Source: Opitutales bacterium (lineage in GTDB: Bacteria; Verrucomicrobiota; Verrucomicrobiia; Opitutales; Intestinicryptomonadaceae). Taken from it: a stretch of DNA of 32,000 bases. Position 1 is the stretch's first letter. Each line of letters begins with the position of its first letter. Where the stretch lies: the NCBI GenBank assembly GCA_031553045.1, contig JAVBLZ010000006.1:580522-612521 (forward strand). The letters are read 5' to 3'. The position numbers and the translations under genes were made by a program. The notes below the pieces were generated by a model, which worked only from the letters and a program-made list of their open reading frames with translations, was not told the DNA's origin and searched no databases. This document shows positions 1 through 9,434 of the stretch, one piece after another.

Positions 1-1
1 A

Positions 2-1462
2 GAAAAGTGTGAAAAAGCAACCTACTCCGTAAATAGCGATAACGGCATAGAAGTAAGACAAGTGCGTTGGCGCAAAATCGCAGACAATGTGGATGACACA
101 ACTTATGAAAAAATCAAGAATCTCAAAATCAAAGCTGTTTATGGAAACAGAAAATATGTGAGAGTTTATCCTGTCGGCGCTTTAACATCTCATGTTGTCG
201 GCTTTGTAAATAAAGAGTTTGCAGCGCAAATGGGCATTGAACAACAACTAGACTATTACCTCAAGGGTCAAGACGGCTGGAGAGAGACCGAAAGAGATGG
301 CAAAAGACGCGAAGTTGCACAGTTCAGAAGCAGAGATATTGAACCTAAAGACGGAATGGATGTAGAGCTTTCCATAGATATAATAATTCAGGAAATGGCG
401 CAAAGAGAGCTTAAAAATATTGTAGATTCTTACGACCCTGACAGCGCAACTATCATAGTTGGAGAGCCTTCTACAGGTTACATTCTTGCCATGGCAAACT
501 ATCCTAATTTTGACCCAAACAATTACAGCAAGTACCCCCAAGATTCCATGAGAAACAGGGCTATTTCAGACCAGATTGAACCGGGTTCAACATTCAAAAT
601 TGTGCCTATAAGTGCGGCTTTGAATGAATCTTTGGTAACCATAAACGACACCTTTGAATGCAAATCTCCAACGCTTACATACAAAGGGAAAATCATAAGG
701 CTGCCGCAAGACTCTCATCCTCATGATATGTTAACTGTGCGTGAAATTACCCAGAAATCAAGCAACAGAGGTGTTGCGCACCTTGCAACACTCATGGGTG
801 AACAAAAACTTTACGATTACGCAAAAGCATTTGGTTTCGGCAAAAAAACCGACGTAAGACTGATAGGAGAAACTTCCGGAACTCTGCATAAAGTCAAAGA
901 CTGGGACGGCCTTACAATAACAAGACTCCCCATGGGGCACGCCATAGCCGCCACTCCAATACAAATACATTGCGCAATGAGCACTATAGCAAATCAAGGC
1001 ATTTACATGCGCCCTACTTTGGTGAAAAAAGTTTACGACAGAGAAAACACATCTGAAACAATAGCCTTCTCTCCATACGCCGAACGCAGAGTTATATCCG
1101 CAAAAACGGCGACAATTATGAGCGAGATTTTGGTTGACGTTGTCGGAGATGGCGGCACGGCAAAACGTGCCGAAATACCGGGCTTTAAAGTGGCTGGCAA
1201 AACGGGCACAACACAAAAAATTATCAATGGCAAATACAGCAACTCAAGCCATGTGGCGTCTATGACAGGTTTCTTCCCTGCGCAAAGACCAAGGGTTGTT
1301 ATCACCGTTATTGTAGATAATCCAAAGATGAAAGGCACTGGTTACGGCGGCATAGTTTCTGCGCCTCCGTTTGCCAAAATAGGCGGACAGGTTGCAAGTT
1401 ATTTGGGTATCCAAAATGACAGCGAATTTGAAAAAATGGTAGCTTGGAAAAATAACAACTAA
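2..1462 (+). CDS. ftsI: Class B penicillin-binding protein / peptidoglycan D,D-transpeptidase FtsI, 5' end upstream of the window
   Basis: The frame is open from nt 2, with no stop before the GTG at 62 used by the ORF track, so the gene is cut by the window edge. Transpeptidase motifs are present: STFK (SxxK), SSN (SxN), KTGT. It is the first gene of a dcw-order cluster. Confidence 0.9.
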   Translation, partial: EKCEKATYSVNSDNGIEVRQVRWRKIADNVDDTTYEKIKNLKIKAVYGNRKYVRVYPVGALTSHVVGFVNKEFAAQMGIEQQLDYYLKGQDGWRETERDGKRREVAQFRSRDIEPKDGMDVELSIDIIIQEMAQRELKNIVDSYDPDSATIIVGEPSTGYILAMANYPNFDPNNYSKYPQDSMRNRAISDQIEPGSTFKIVPISAALNESLVTINDTFECKSPTLTYKGKIIRLPQDSHPHDMLTVREITQKSSNRGVAHLATLMGEQKLYDYAKAFGFGKKTDVRLIGETSGTLHKVKDWDGLTITRLPMGHAIAATPIQIHCAMSTIANQGIYMRPTLVKKVYDRENTSETIAFSPYAERRVISAKTATIMSEILVDVVGDGGTAKRAEIPGFKVAGKTGTTQKIINGKYSNSSHVASMTGFFPAQRPRVVITVIVDNPKMKGTGYGGIVSAPPFAKIGGQVASYLGIQNDSEFEKMVAWKNNN

Positions 1463-3039
1463 TGAAAAGACTTGGAAATTTTGCAGGGCTAGCGTGTCTG
1501 GGCGGATTGGGTAATTCGTTCGGTCGCATGAGTTTTTCTCAGGGCGGCGGCGGCAATACCGTGCGTACGTTGGATTTCATCATAGATGCAATGAAACCCA
1601 AGAAAATTACCGGCAGCACAAATATTGAAATCAAAATGCTGATGAATGATAGCCGCAGGGTTTCTCAGGGTGCGGTATTTTTTGCCTCTAAGGGCGGACT
1701 TACAGATGGAAATATTTATGTTGAAGAAGCCGCACACAGAGGCGCAGTTGCCATAGTTTCAGAATCTCCAAGCCCTGAAAGATATTTTCCCGCAGTATGG
1801 ATTGAGGTTGAAAACATTGCAGAATCCATGGCCTCAGCCGCAAAAAAATATTACGATAATCCTGATGAAGCGTTGAACGTTTACGCAATCACTGGCACAA
1901 ACGGCAAGACAAGCGTCAGTTGGATTATACAGCATTTACTCTCAGAATTGGATGAAAAAACCGGACTCATTGGCACTATACATTATGACTTGGGTGGTCG
2001 CTGTCTGCCGGCAAGCCGCACAACGCCAGATTCACTTTCTGCTTACGCCATGCTCAACCAGATGCGATATGCTTCTTGCAAAAATGTCGCAATGGAGGTC
2101 AGCTCTCATGCAATTTCTCAAAACAGAGTCGGCAATTTGGATATAGACTGCGCCTGCTTTTTGAACCTCACTCAAGACCACATAGATTATCACAAAACTA
2201 TGGAGGAATATTTTGAGACAAAGGCGTCGTTATTTACAGGCGCAACGGGAAGAAAACCAAAATGCGCCGTCTTAAACATTGATGATGCGCACTCAGAAAT
2301 AATAGCAAAAAGAATAAAAGATTCCATGAAATGCGTTACATTTTCTGTAAAGAAAAATGCGACGATAATGGCTGAAGACATCGTGCTCAACCCAGCCTCC
2401 ACAAGCTTTACACTGGTATGGCCGGAAGGTCGCACAGAAGTTGTTTCAAGGCTTCCCGGGATATACAACGTTTCAAATGTTTTGGCGGCTTTTGCCTGCA
2501 TATATTCTCAAGGTAAAGATTTGGAAAAAGCTGCGGCAAGCCTCAAAAATTTCAAAGGCATTCCGGGCAGAATGCAAAAGGTGGCGGGCAAAACAAAGTT
2601 TGATATTTTTGTAGATTACGCACACACGGACGATGCGTTGATAAACGGTCTTTCAATGCTAAAGCAAATTGTTAAAGGCAGAATTTTGGTCGTCTTTGGT
2701 TGCGGCGGAAAACGCGACAGGCAAAAGCGTCCAAAGATGGTGGCGGCTGTCCAAAAATACGCCAGCATAGCCTGGGCAACATCCGACAACCCAAGAGGCG
2801 AAAGCATAACGCAAATTTTCGACGACATGAAAAAAGGCGTAACAGAGCCCGAAAAAATAGCCTTTGTAGAAGATAGACGCAGAGCCATAAATCTTGCAAT
2901 AGACGCCGCAAATGATGGAGACTGTATCCTAATTGCAGGTAAAGGACACGAAGTTTTTCAAGAGTTGGGAGATACAATCATACCCTTCGACGACAAAAAA
3001 ATTGCGGAAGAATTACTCGGTTTAAAAGGACTCATTTAA
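1462..3039 (+). CDS. murE: UDP-N-acetylmuramoyl-L-alanyl-D-glutamate--2,6-diaminopimelate ligase (MurE)
   Basis: Mur ligase P-loop ITGTNGKTS, DSRRV near the N-terminus, and a DNPR motif (TSDNPRGES) typical of meso-DAP-adding MurE. It lies after ftsI. The ATG at 1462 overlaps the ftsI stop (TAATG). The start is uncertain: in-frame ATGs at 1528 and 1591 would remove a Gly-rich leader that has no MurE counterpart. Confidence 0.9.
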   Translation: MKRLGNFAGLACLGGLGNSFGRMSFSQGGGGNTVRTLDFIIDAMKPKKITGSTNIEIKMLMNDSRRVSQGAVFFASKGGLTDGNIYVEEAAHRGAVAIVSESPSPERYFPAVWIEVENIAESMASAAKKYYDNPDEALNVYAITGTNGKTSVSWIIQHLLSELDEKTGLIGTIHYDLGGRCLPASRTTPDSLSAYAMLNQMRYASCKNVAMEVSSHAISQNRVGNLDIDCACFLNLTQDHIDYHKTMEEYFETKASLFTGATGRKPKCAVLNIDDAHSEIIAKRIKDSMKCVTFSVKKNATIMAEDIVLNPASTSFTLVWPEGRTEVVSRLPGIYNVSNVLAAFACIYSQGKDLEKAAASLKNFKGIPGRMQKVAGKTKFDIFVDYAHTDDALINGLSMLKQIVKGRILVVFGCGGKRDRQKRPKMVAAVQKYASIAWATSDNPRGESITQIFDDMKKGVTEPEKIAFVEDRRRAINLAIDAANDGDCILIAGKGHEVFQELGDTIIPFDDKKIAEELLGLKGLI

Positions 3040-3055
3040 TTTAACAAATATACTT

Positions 3056-4627
3056 ATGCCACATTTTAAAACAGACGACATTTCAATTTGGACAAACGGA
3101 ACATGGAAAAATCTCGGCGAGCAAAAGCCTGAAATCAAGGGCTTTTCAACCGATTCCAGAAACATATCGCCAAGCTTCGCATTTATTGCGCTCAAGGCGG
3201 AAAGAGACGGCCATGACTTTGTCTTGGACGCAATTAAAAACGGCGCTACTGCCATAATAGCCTCTAAAGAAATTCCTGAATCCACGGTTCCTGTGCTTTT
3301 GGTAAAAGATACCATGTTTGCATTCCAACAGATTGCAAAATTTCACAGGTTGCGTTTTGACAACCCTGTAATAGGCATTACGGGCTCTTGCGGAAAAACT
3401 TCCACAAAGGAATTTTTGGGCAAGCTGCTCTCTTGGAAAAATCCGCTTATAACAAAAGAAAATTTCAATAATGAAATAGGCGTACCACTCACGCTTACAA
3501 GTATAGATTTAAAAATAAATCAAGCTGCAATCATAGAAGCTGGCGTTGCAGCCCCAGGGCAAATGCTTTCTCTGGCAAAGATGATAGAGCCCGAATTGGC
3601 AATCATCACAAATGTAGGCTTGGCACACATGGAAAATTTTGTGGAACTTTCACAGGTCGCAAAAGAAAAAGCAATCTTGGCGCAAAATGTTGCCGAGGGC
3701 GGTTGGGCGCTCTTTCATCACGAGCTTTTAAGCTGGAAAGCTTTTGAAGAATTGCAGTGTAAAAAAGCGATTGTAGTCCCGGTAGGAGCAGGCGACACCA
3801 AGGCTGATTTGGTTTTCAGATATTCTCTAATCCAATCTGAAACAGGCTCAAAGCTGGATATTTCAATAGATAATGGTTACGAATATTATTTTGATTTGCC
3901 ACAACTTAGCGACGGTCTTACGCAAAATGCCATATTGGCAGTAGCGGCGGCACTCATGCTAGGCGCGCGTGAAGAACAAATTATGGCAAAGCTGGAACGC
4001 TTTGCGCCTCTGCCAATGAGGGGCGGTATCTTTGAAATAGAAGAATCCAAATACTATATTGATTGCTACAACGCATCGCCTACTTCTATGAAAGATGCGC
4101 TTAAATTTTTCCTCAAGATGTCTGAAGATATGTCCAGACTCTTTGTCGTTGGTGAAATGGCGGAGCTTGGGCTTTCGGCGCACAGACATCACAAAGAAAT
4201 AGGCTCTATACTGCCCTACAGAAATTCGGACAAAGCCATACTTGTCGGCGAACACGCAAATATATATAAAGATGCAATGCTCGAAAAAGGCTGGCCTGAA
4301 GAATCTATAATTTTGGAAAAAGATTATGCCGCAATAGCAAAAATTATTGAAGAATTTAAGGGCTTCGTATTCGTCAAAGCAAGCAGAGTTTGCAAGCTTG
4401 AAACAGCCCTGCCACAAAGCGTAAAGACACTTTTAGAAATTCATCCTCAAGAGGAAATCCCAGAAGAAGATACCGAAGAAATTGTTGAAGAAATCAAAAT
4501 TGTAACTCAGTCTGAAAAAGAAGATTTAGAAGACGATGACAACGATGACGATGATTTTGAAAATGTAGATTTTGAGGGTACAATAGACGATGAAGACGAT
4601 TCTGAAGACGAGAGGGAAAGATTCTAG
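3056..4627 (+). CDS. murF: UDP-N-acetylmuramoyl-tripeptide--D-alanyl-D-alanine ligase (MurF) with a 67-aa acidic C-terminal tail
   Basis: P-loop GITGSCGKTSTKE, a Mur ligase central/C-terminal region ending around VKASRVCKLE, and position between murE and mraY. The last 67 aa (nt 4424-4624) are not MurF-like and are about half Asp/Glu. Confidence 0.9.
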   Translation: MPHFKTDDISIWTNGTWKNLGEQKPEIKGFSTDSRNISPSFAFIALKAERDGHDFVLDAIKNGATAIIASKEIPESTVPVLLVKDTMFAFQQIAKFHRLRFDNPVIGITGSCGKTSTKEFLGKLLSWKNPLITKENFNNEIGVPLTLTSIDLKINQAAIIEAGVAAPGQMLSLAKMIEPELAIITNVGLAHMENFVELSQVAKEKAILAQNVAEGGWALFHHELLSWKAFEELQCKKAIVVPVGAGDTKADLVFRYSLIQSETGSKLDISIDNGYEYYFDLPQLSDGLTQNAILAVAAALMLGAREEQIMAKLERFAPLPMRGGIFEIEESKYYIDCYNASPTSMKDALKFFLKMSEDMSRLFVVGEMAELGLSAHRHHKEIGSILPYRNSDKAILVGEHANIYKDAMLEKGWPEESIILEKDYAAIAKIIEEFKGFVFVKASRVCKLETALPQSVKTLLEIHPQEEIPEEDTEEIVEEIKIVTQSEKEDLEDDDNDDDDFENVDFEGTIDDEDDSEDERERF

Positions 4628-4629
4628 CT

Positions 4630-5730
4630 ATGCTTATAGATTTGGCAGATTTTGAAAATTATTTTGGCCCTTTGCGTCTATTCAGATACCTTTCTTTCAG
4701 GTGCGTATTGGCTGCGGCAAGCGCATTCACAATGTCCATCTTAATTGCGCCCTACCTCATCAAAATTCTACACAAAGTAAAGTTTGGACAAAGCTTCAGA
4801 ACGGCTGAAGAAGTCGGCAAATTGGCGGAATTGCATGGGGCAAAAAAAGGCACTCCCACAATGGGGGGACTCATAATTTTTGCGGGTGTTTTTACATCGA
4901 CCTTGCTTTGGGCAAATATGAACATTTTGGTTTTTACGGCAATGTTTGTTTATACAAGCTTAACGCTCTTGGGCTTTGCAGACGACTACAAAAAAATCAA
5001 AGACAAATCAAGCGGTGGCGTTAGCGGAAAAATTAAAATTGCAACGCAAATAATAATTACGGCGGTTGCCGGCGGAATGCTTTTCTTTTCCAAAGATTAC
5101 GGAATGACTATGAGAGAGCTTTGGGTACCCTTCCTCAAATCTCCGATAATTGAATGTATGTCTTTATGGCTTGCTTTCACATTTTTATTTTTCGTACTTG
5201 CGGGCTCTAGCAATGCAATCAATTTGACCGACGGCGTTGACGGTCTTGCAATAGGCTGCACAATTTCCGTAGCGCTTGCATACGGAATTTTCGCCTACCT
5301 TACGGGAAACGCAATAGCTTGCGATTACCTCTTTCTTAAAATGATTCCAAGTTGCGGTGAGCTTGCCGTAGTTTGCTGCGCCCTTCTGGGTGCGTCTATG
5401 GCGTTTTTATGGTACAACGCCCATCCTGCCGAAATTTTTATGGGCGACACGGGCTCGCTGGCGTTGGGCGGGTTAATTGGCATTGTAGCCTTTATGGTTC
5501 ATCAACCAATTACCTTAGTTTTGATTGGTGGAATTTTTGTGATGGAAGCAATGAGTGTAATTTTGCAAGTAGGCTCATACAAACTGCGCAAAAAAAGAAT
5601 TTTTAGAATGTCTCCTATTCATCACCATTTTGAGCTTAAGGGATGGAAAGAAACAAAAGTAGTTATACGCTTTTGGATTTTGTCATTATCTTTTGCCCTT
5701 GCCGGTCTTGCAACTTTGAAACTCAGATAA
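4630..5730 (+). CDS. mraY: Phospho-N-acetylmuramoyl-pentapeptide transferase (MraY)
   Basis: Polytopic membrane protein with the motifs NAINLTDGVDGLA, MGDTGSLALGG and PIHHHFE. Canonical dcw position. Confidence 0.95.
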   Translation: MLIDLADFENYFGPLRLFRYLSFRCVLAAASAFTMSILIAPYLIKILHKVKFGQSFRTAEEVGKLAELHGAKKGTPTMGGLIIFAGVFTSTLLWANMNILVFTAMFVYTSLTLLGFADDYKKIKDKSSGGVSGKIKIATQIIITAVAGGMLFFSKDYGMTMRELWVPFLKSPIIECMSLWLAFTFLFFVLAGSSNAINLTDGVDGLAIGCTISVALAYGIFAYLTGNAIACDYLFLKMIPSCGELAVVCCALLGASMAFLWYNAHPAEIFMGDTGSLALGGLIGIVAFMVHQPITLVLIGGIFVMEAMSVILQVGSYKLRKKRIFRMSPIHHHFELKGWKETKVVIRFWILSLSFALAGLATLKLR

Positions 5731-7017
5731 ATGCCCGATAAGATTAAAACAGTTTGTAAAAAAGACGGCTGTGTCGCCATATTTGGAGATGGAATAAGCG
5801 GTAAATCCGTTGCTTTGCTCATGGATAAAATGGGGCTTAAATATGAATTTTATTCTGAAGCAAAGGGCAAAAAAAACTTTACATTAGAGGATGCACTCAA
5901 GCATTCTCTTTGCGTATATTCTCCAGGTTTTAGACCTGAGCATGAATGGCTTAAAACAGCAAAAAGCGCCGGTCTTGAAACCCTTTGCGAACCAGATTTT
6001 GCAGCCTTAAATTGGACAGGTAAAATCTATTGCATAACCGGAACAAACGGCAAAACGACTCTCACAAGTTTTCTTACAGAAGCATTAAAACTGGCAAAGT
6101 ATTACGCATTTTCAGCAGGCAATATCGGCAAACCGCTTTCCGCCTATTGTGCAGAATTTTACGGGCAAGACAACTCTCAAAAAATAGCCGTTTGCGAGAT
6201 TAGTTCTTTTCAGTCTGTTGATATGAAATTTACTCACGCTGAAGCTTTGCTTTGGACAAATTTTGCGCCCGACCATCTTGACTGGCACAAAGATATGCGG
6301 GAATATTTTCTGGCAAAATTGCGCATCGCAGAACAAATGAACGGCAACTTATTTTTCATTGGCAGAAGCGTTTTTGAATTTGCCAAAGAAAATAAAATCG
6401 AACTGCCCTGCTCGGCACAGATAGTCGAACATCTGCCCTACAAGCTCTGTCCAAAACCTTTTGACACGCCTGTTCAGTGTGAAAATTTTTCTTTGGCTAA
6501 AGCGTTCTGGAACGCAATGAATCTAGATGAAAACATACTTCTGGAAGCCGCAAAAAATTTCTCGCTTGCAGATTTTAGATTCGGTAAAATTTCCACCTTT
6601 GACGGTATTAATTTTATGAATGACTCAAAGGCTACAAACGCCCACGCAGCCATTGCGGCACTTAAAGCGCTAGATGGTGAGATTATCTGGATAGGCGGCG
6701 GCAAAAATAAGTTTTGCGACAATTCAGATTTGATATCTACACTCAAAGAAAGAGTTTCGGCAGCATTTTTAATTGGAGAAACAAAAGAGATTCTGTTTAA
6801 AGAGCTGGAAAATTTATTGCCTCTAAAAGCCTTCAAGTGCAACTCCTTGGATGAAGCTGTCCAAAAAAGCTACACTTTGGCAAAGCAGATTGCGAGCAAA
6901 AAAGTTACAGTTTTATTCAGCCCCGCCTTCTCAAGTTTTGGAATGTTTGCCGGCTATGCAGAGCGTGGAAAATCTTTTGATAACGCCCTTTTTAGTTTGA
7001 AGAGTTTAAAAAAATAA
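5731..7017 (+). CDS. murD: UDP-N-acetylmuramoylalanine--D-glutamate ligase (MurD)
   Basis: N-terminal Rossmann-like IFGDGISGKS, P-loop ITGTNGKTT, and MNDSKATN. The ATG directly abuts the mraY stop (TAAATG). Confidence 0.9.
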   Translation: MPDKIKTVCKKDGCVAIFGDGISGKSVALLMDKMGLKYEFYSEAKGKKNFTLEDALKHSLCVYSPGFRPEHEWLKTAKSAGLETLCEPDFAALNWTGKIYCITGTNGKTTLTSFLTEALKLAKYYAFSAGNIGKPLSAYCAEFYGQDNSQKIAVCEISSFQSVDMKFTHAEALLWTNFAPDHLDWHKDMREYFLAKLRIAEQMNGNLFFIGRSVFEFAKENKIELPCSAQIVEHLPYKLCPKPFDTPVQCENFSLAKAFWNAMNLDENILLEAAKNFSLADFRFGKISTFDGINFMNDSKATNAHAAIAALKALDGEIIWIGGGKNKFCDNSDLISTLKERVSAAFLIGETKEILFKELENLLPLKAFKCNSLDEAVQKSYTLAKQIASKKVTVLFSPAFSSFGMFAGYAERGKSFDNALFSLKSLKK

Positions 7018-7048
7018 CAAATATAGAAACAATTAAATTAAATAAATT

Positions 7049-8272
7049 ATGAAGAAGTTAGTTACATTATCAACTGTTGCAGGTTTGCACTTGGCGGTCA
7101 TAAGCATGATATTCATCCAGCCAGGTTGCGGATCTTCTGAGCAACCTACGGAATCTATGACAGCCGCTACATCAACAGATGAAGCCACTCAAATTAATTC
7201 TGATATTGTGCCCGCCGATTTCAATGCCGCACCTGCGTCAAATGCAAACACGGTTGCAACCGTAGAAGAACCAGAGGCAATCAAACCTCCTGAAGGTAGC
7301 AACGCTTTAAGAGATACTCCAACACGTCCAAATTCTACTTGGAACATGCACGGTAAAAAAGGTCAGGAATTGGTTGCTGTAAAATCTGACGACGGTCAGA
7401 TTGAACCGGTCGCCCCAGCCGCAAGCACAAAACCTGCGGAAGTAAAATCTGCATTTGCCGATACCGCAAGCCTTCCCACCACAATATACAAAGTGCAAAA
7501 GGGAGACTCTCTTTCCATCATAGCAAAAAAACACAAAGTTTCTTTGGACTCTTTGCTGAACGCAAATTCTTTAGATAAAAATAGCATACTCAAGATTGGG
7601 CAAGAAATCAAAGTTCCAGCCGCAAAGCTCGTTACTTCAAATACATCGCCCGTCAGTGCAACAGCTCCAGTTGCATCAACTTCAGCACTCAATGATTCCG
7701 TTGCTGAAAATGCTGAAATTTATGTGGTGCAAAAGGGAGATTCGCTTTCAAAAATCGCCTCTAAAAAATCCACAACCGTTGCGCAGATTAAAGCTTTGAA
7801 CAACCTAAAAAATGACAACATAATTTTGGGTCAAAAGCTGACATTGCCAAAGTCTGGCGCTACTGCTCCAGCTTCTGAGACAACATCAAAAACCGTAGCA
7901 GCATCTACCACTACGGCAGGTGCAAATGAAACTATACATGAAGTAAAATCCGGCGAAACACTCGGTGGGATTGCTAAAAAATACGGCACTAGCGTCGCAA
8001 AAATTTCAGAGAGAAATTCAATAACGGATCCTCGTAAACTAAGGCTCGGTCAGAAGATTATCGTGCCAAGCGCAAAGACATCAACGGTTGCTGATGCGGC
8101 TAGCTCCACTCAGCCAAAAGCCACTGAAGCTACAACAGCTCCTGCGCAATCAACAGTTACTGCACCCGCACAAACAGCGCCTGTACAACAAGCACCCATA
8201 ACAGTAGAAAACACCACCATTCCGGCGCAATCAACCACAACAGCACCCTCAGACGTAATTGAGATTCAGTAA
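7049..8272 (+). CDS. Secreted (possibly lipid-anchored) protein with three LysM peptidoglycan-binding domains and Ala/Thr/Ser/Pro-rich linkers
   Basis: N-terminal hydrophobic signal ending IFIQPGC. Three LysM-type repeats: IYKVQKGDSLSIIAKKHKVSLDSLLNANSL...IGQEIKVP (nt 7484-7618), IYVVQKGDSLSKIASKKSTTVAQIKALNNL...LGQKLTLP (7718-7849), and IHEVKSGETLGGIAKKYGTSVAKISERNSI...LGQKIIVP (7934-8068). No catalytic domain is recognisable. Confidence 0.8.
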   Translation: MKKLVTLSTVAGLHLAVISMIFIQPGCGSSEQPTESMTAATSTDEATQINSDIVPADFNAAPASNANTVATVEEPEAIKPPEGSNALRDTPTRPNSTWNMHGKKGQELVAVKSDDGQIEPVAPAASTKPAEVKSAFADTASLPTTIYKVQKGDSLSIIAKKHKVSLDSLLNANSLDKNSILKIGQEIKVPAAKLVTSNTSPVSATAPVASTSALNDSVAENAEIYVVQKGDSLSKIASKKSTTVAQIKALNNLKNDNIILGQKLTLPKSGATAPASETTSKTVAASTTTAGANETIHEVKSGETLGGIAKKYGTSVAKISERNSITDPRKLRLGQKIIVPSAKTSTVADAASSTQPKATEATTAPAQSTVTAPAQTAPVQQAPITVENTTIPAQSTTTAPSDVIEIQ

Positions 8273-8288
8273 TAAGTAACACGCCTAA

Positions 8289-9434
8289 ATGAAACTGGAT
8301 GACACCGAACTAAAGTCTTCAGGAGGAAGTTTTATTGGCTCATGGATAATGATGCTATTGCCAATAATCTTTCTCAGCATTTTGGGTCTTCTTATTTTGA
8401 TAAGCGCCGGATCTTCGCAGACAGACCCTTACGCCCTTCTTAAAAAGCAGTCCATTTGGTTTGCCCTCGCAGTTGCCGCTTGCATTTTCACATCTTTGAT
8501 TGATTTAAATTTGCTGAAAAAATATGCCTTGCCCATTGCAATAGTATCTTTGGTTCTTCTAATTTTGGTGATAATTCCGCAAGTCGGCAAAGAGGTCAAT
8601 GGTGCAAGGCGCTGGATAGCCTTGGGCTCTTTTGTTTTTCAGCCTTCAGACATTGCAAAATTTGCGCTTGTTATTTCCCTCTCTACTTTTATTCAGGCAA
8701 ACCAGCGTGCTTCAAAGGAATTTGTCAAAGGCTTTTTACTCCCCTTTTCAATAATAGGAATTTTCTGCGGTCTAATTGTTTTAGAGCCGGATTTTGGGAC
8801 AACATTTTTATGCGCCGCAGTGGGTTCGGCAATAATTTTTCTGGCGGGTGTTAGGCTATATTACCTTATGCCTGCTCTGATTGCAGGGGGGTTGGGTTTT
8901 AGCGTAATGATTTATTTTAACCCAAACCGAATACAAAGATTGATAAATTTTTTGGATTTTGAGGGCAATAAGGCTGACGGCACATATCAACTCTTTCAGG
9001 CAATACTCGCATTTGGAACAGGCGGTGTTGACGGTGTTGGGCTTGGTCAAGGCAGGCAGCAACATTTCTTTTTGCCAGAAGCGCACACAGACTTTATATT
9101 TGCAATAGTTGCAGAAGAACTCGGTCTTGTATTCACACTTTTGGTCGCCATAAGTTTTCTTACAATTTTTATTTTCATAATGTTAAAATTAAGACACGCA
9201 CCAAATATTTTTGAATTTAGCATAGGTATTGGCGCAATGCTAATGATAGTTTTGCAGGCAGTTTTTAATATGTGCGTTGTTACCGGTTTAGTGCCAACAA
9301 AGGGGATTTCTTTGCCGTTTATAAGCTATGGCGGGTCTAATCTTGTTGTGATGTTTGCATTCACAGGAATCTTAATCAACTGTATCAGGATTTGGAACAA
9401 ACCCACAAAAATTCAGGCAACATTTTATGAGTAA
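8289..9434 (+). CDS. ftsW: SEDS-family peptidoglycan glycosyltransferase / cell division protein FtsW
   Basis: Multi-pass membrane protein with SEDS motifs (RWIALGSFVFQPSD, PEAHTDFIFA, LPFISYGGS). It lies between murD and murG. Confidence 0.9.
   Translation: MKLDDTELKSSGGSFIGSWIMMLLPIIFLSILGLLILISAGSSQTDPYALLKKQSIWFALAVAACIFTSLIDLNLLKKYALPIAIVSLVLLILVIIPQVGKEVNGARRWIALGSFVFQPSDIAKFALVISLSTFIQANQRASKEFVKGFLLPFSIIGIFCGLIVLEPDFGTTFLCAAVGSAIIFLAGVRLYYLMPALIAGGLGFSVMIYFNPNRIQRLINFLDFEGNKADGTYQLFQAILAFGTGGVDGVGLGQGRQQHFFLPEAHTDFIFAIVAEELGLVFTLLVAISFLTIFIFIMLKLRHAPNIFEFSIGIGAMLMIVLQAVFNMCVVTGLVPTKGISLPFISYGGSNLVVMFAFTGILINCIRIWNKPTKIQATFYE

Noticed and set aside
1462-1590. The Gly-rich N-terminal leader of the MurE ORF contains a lipobox-like AGLAC.
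   Set aside because: MurE is cytoplasmic and the hydrophobic stretch is too short for a signal peptide. The leader more likely reflects start-codon ambiguity (ATG at 1462, 1528 or 1591). I kept 1462 only because of the TAATG coupling pattern seen elsewhere in the window.
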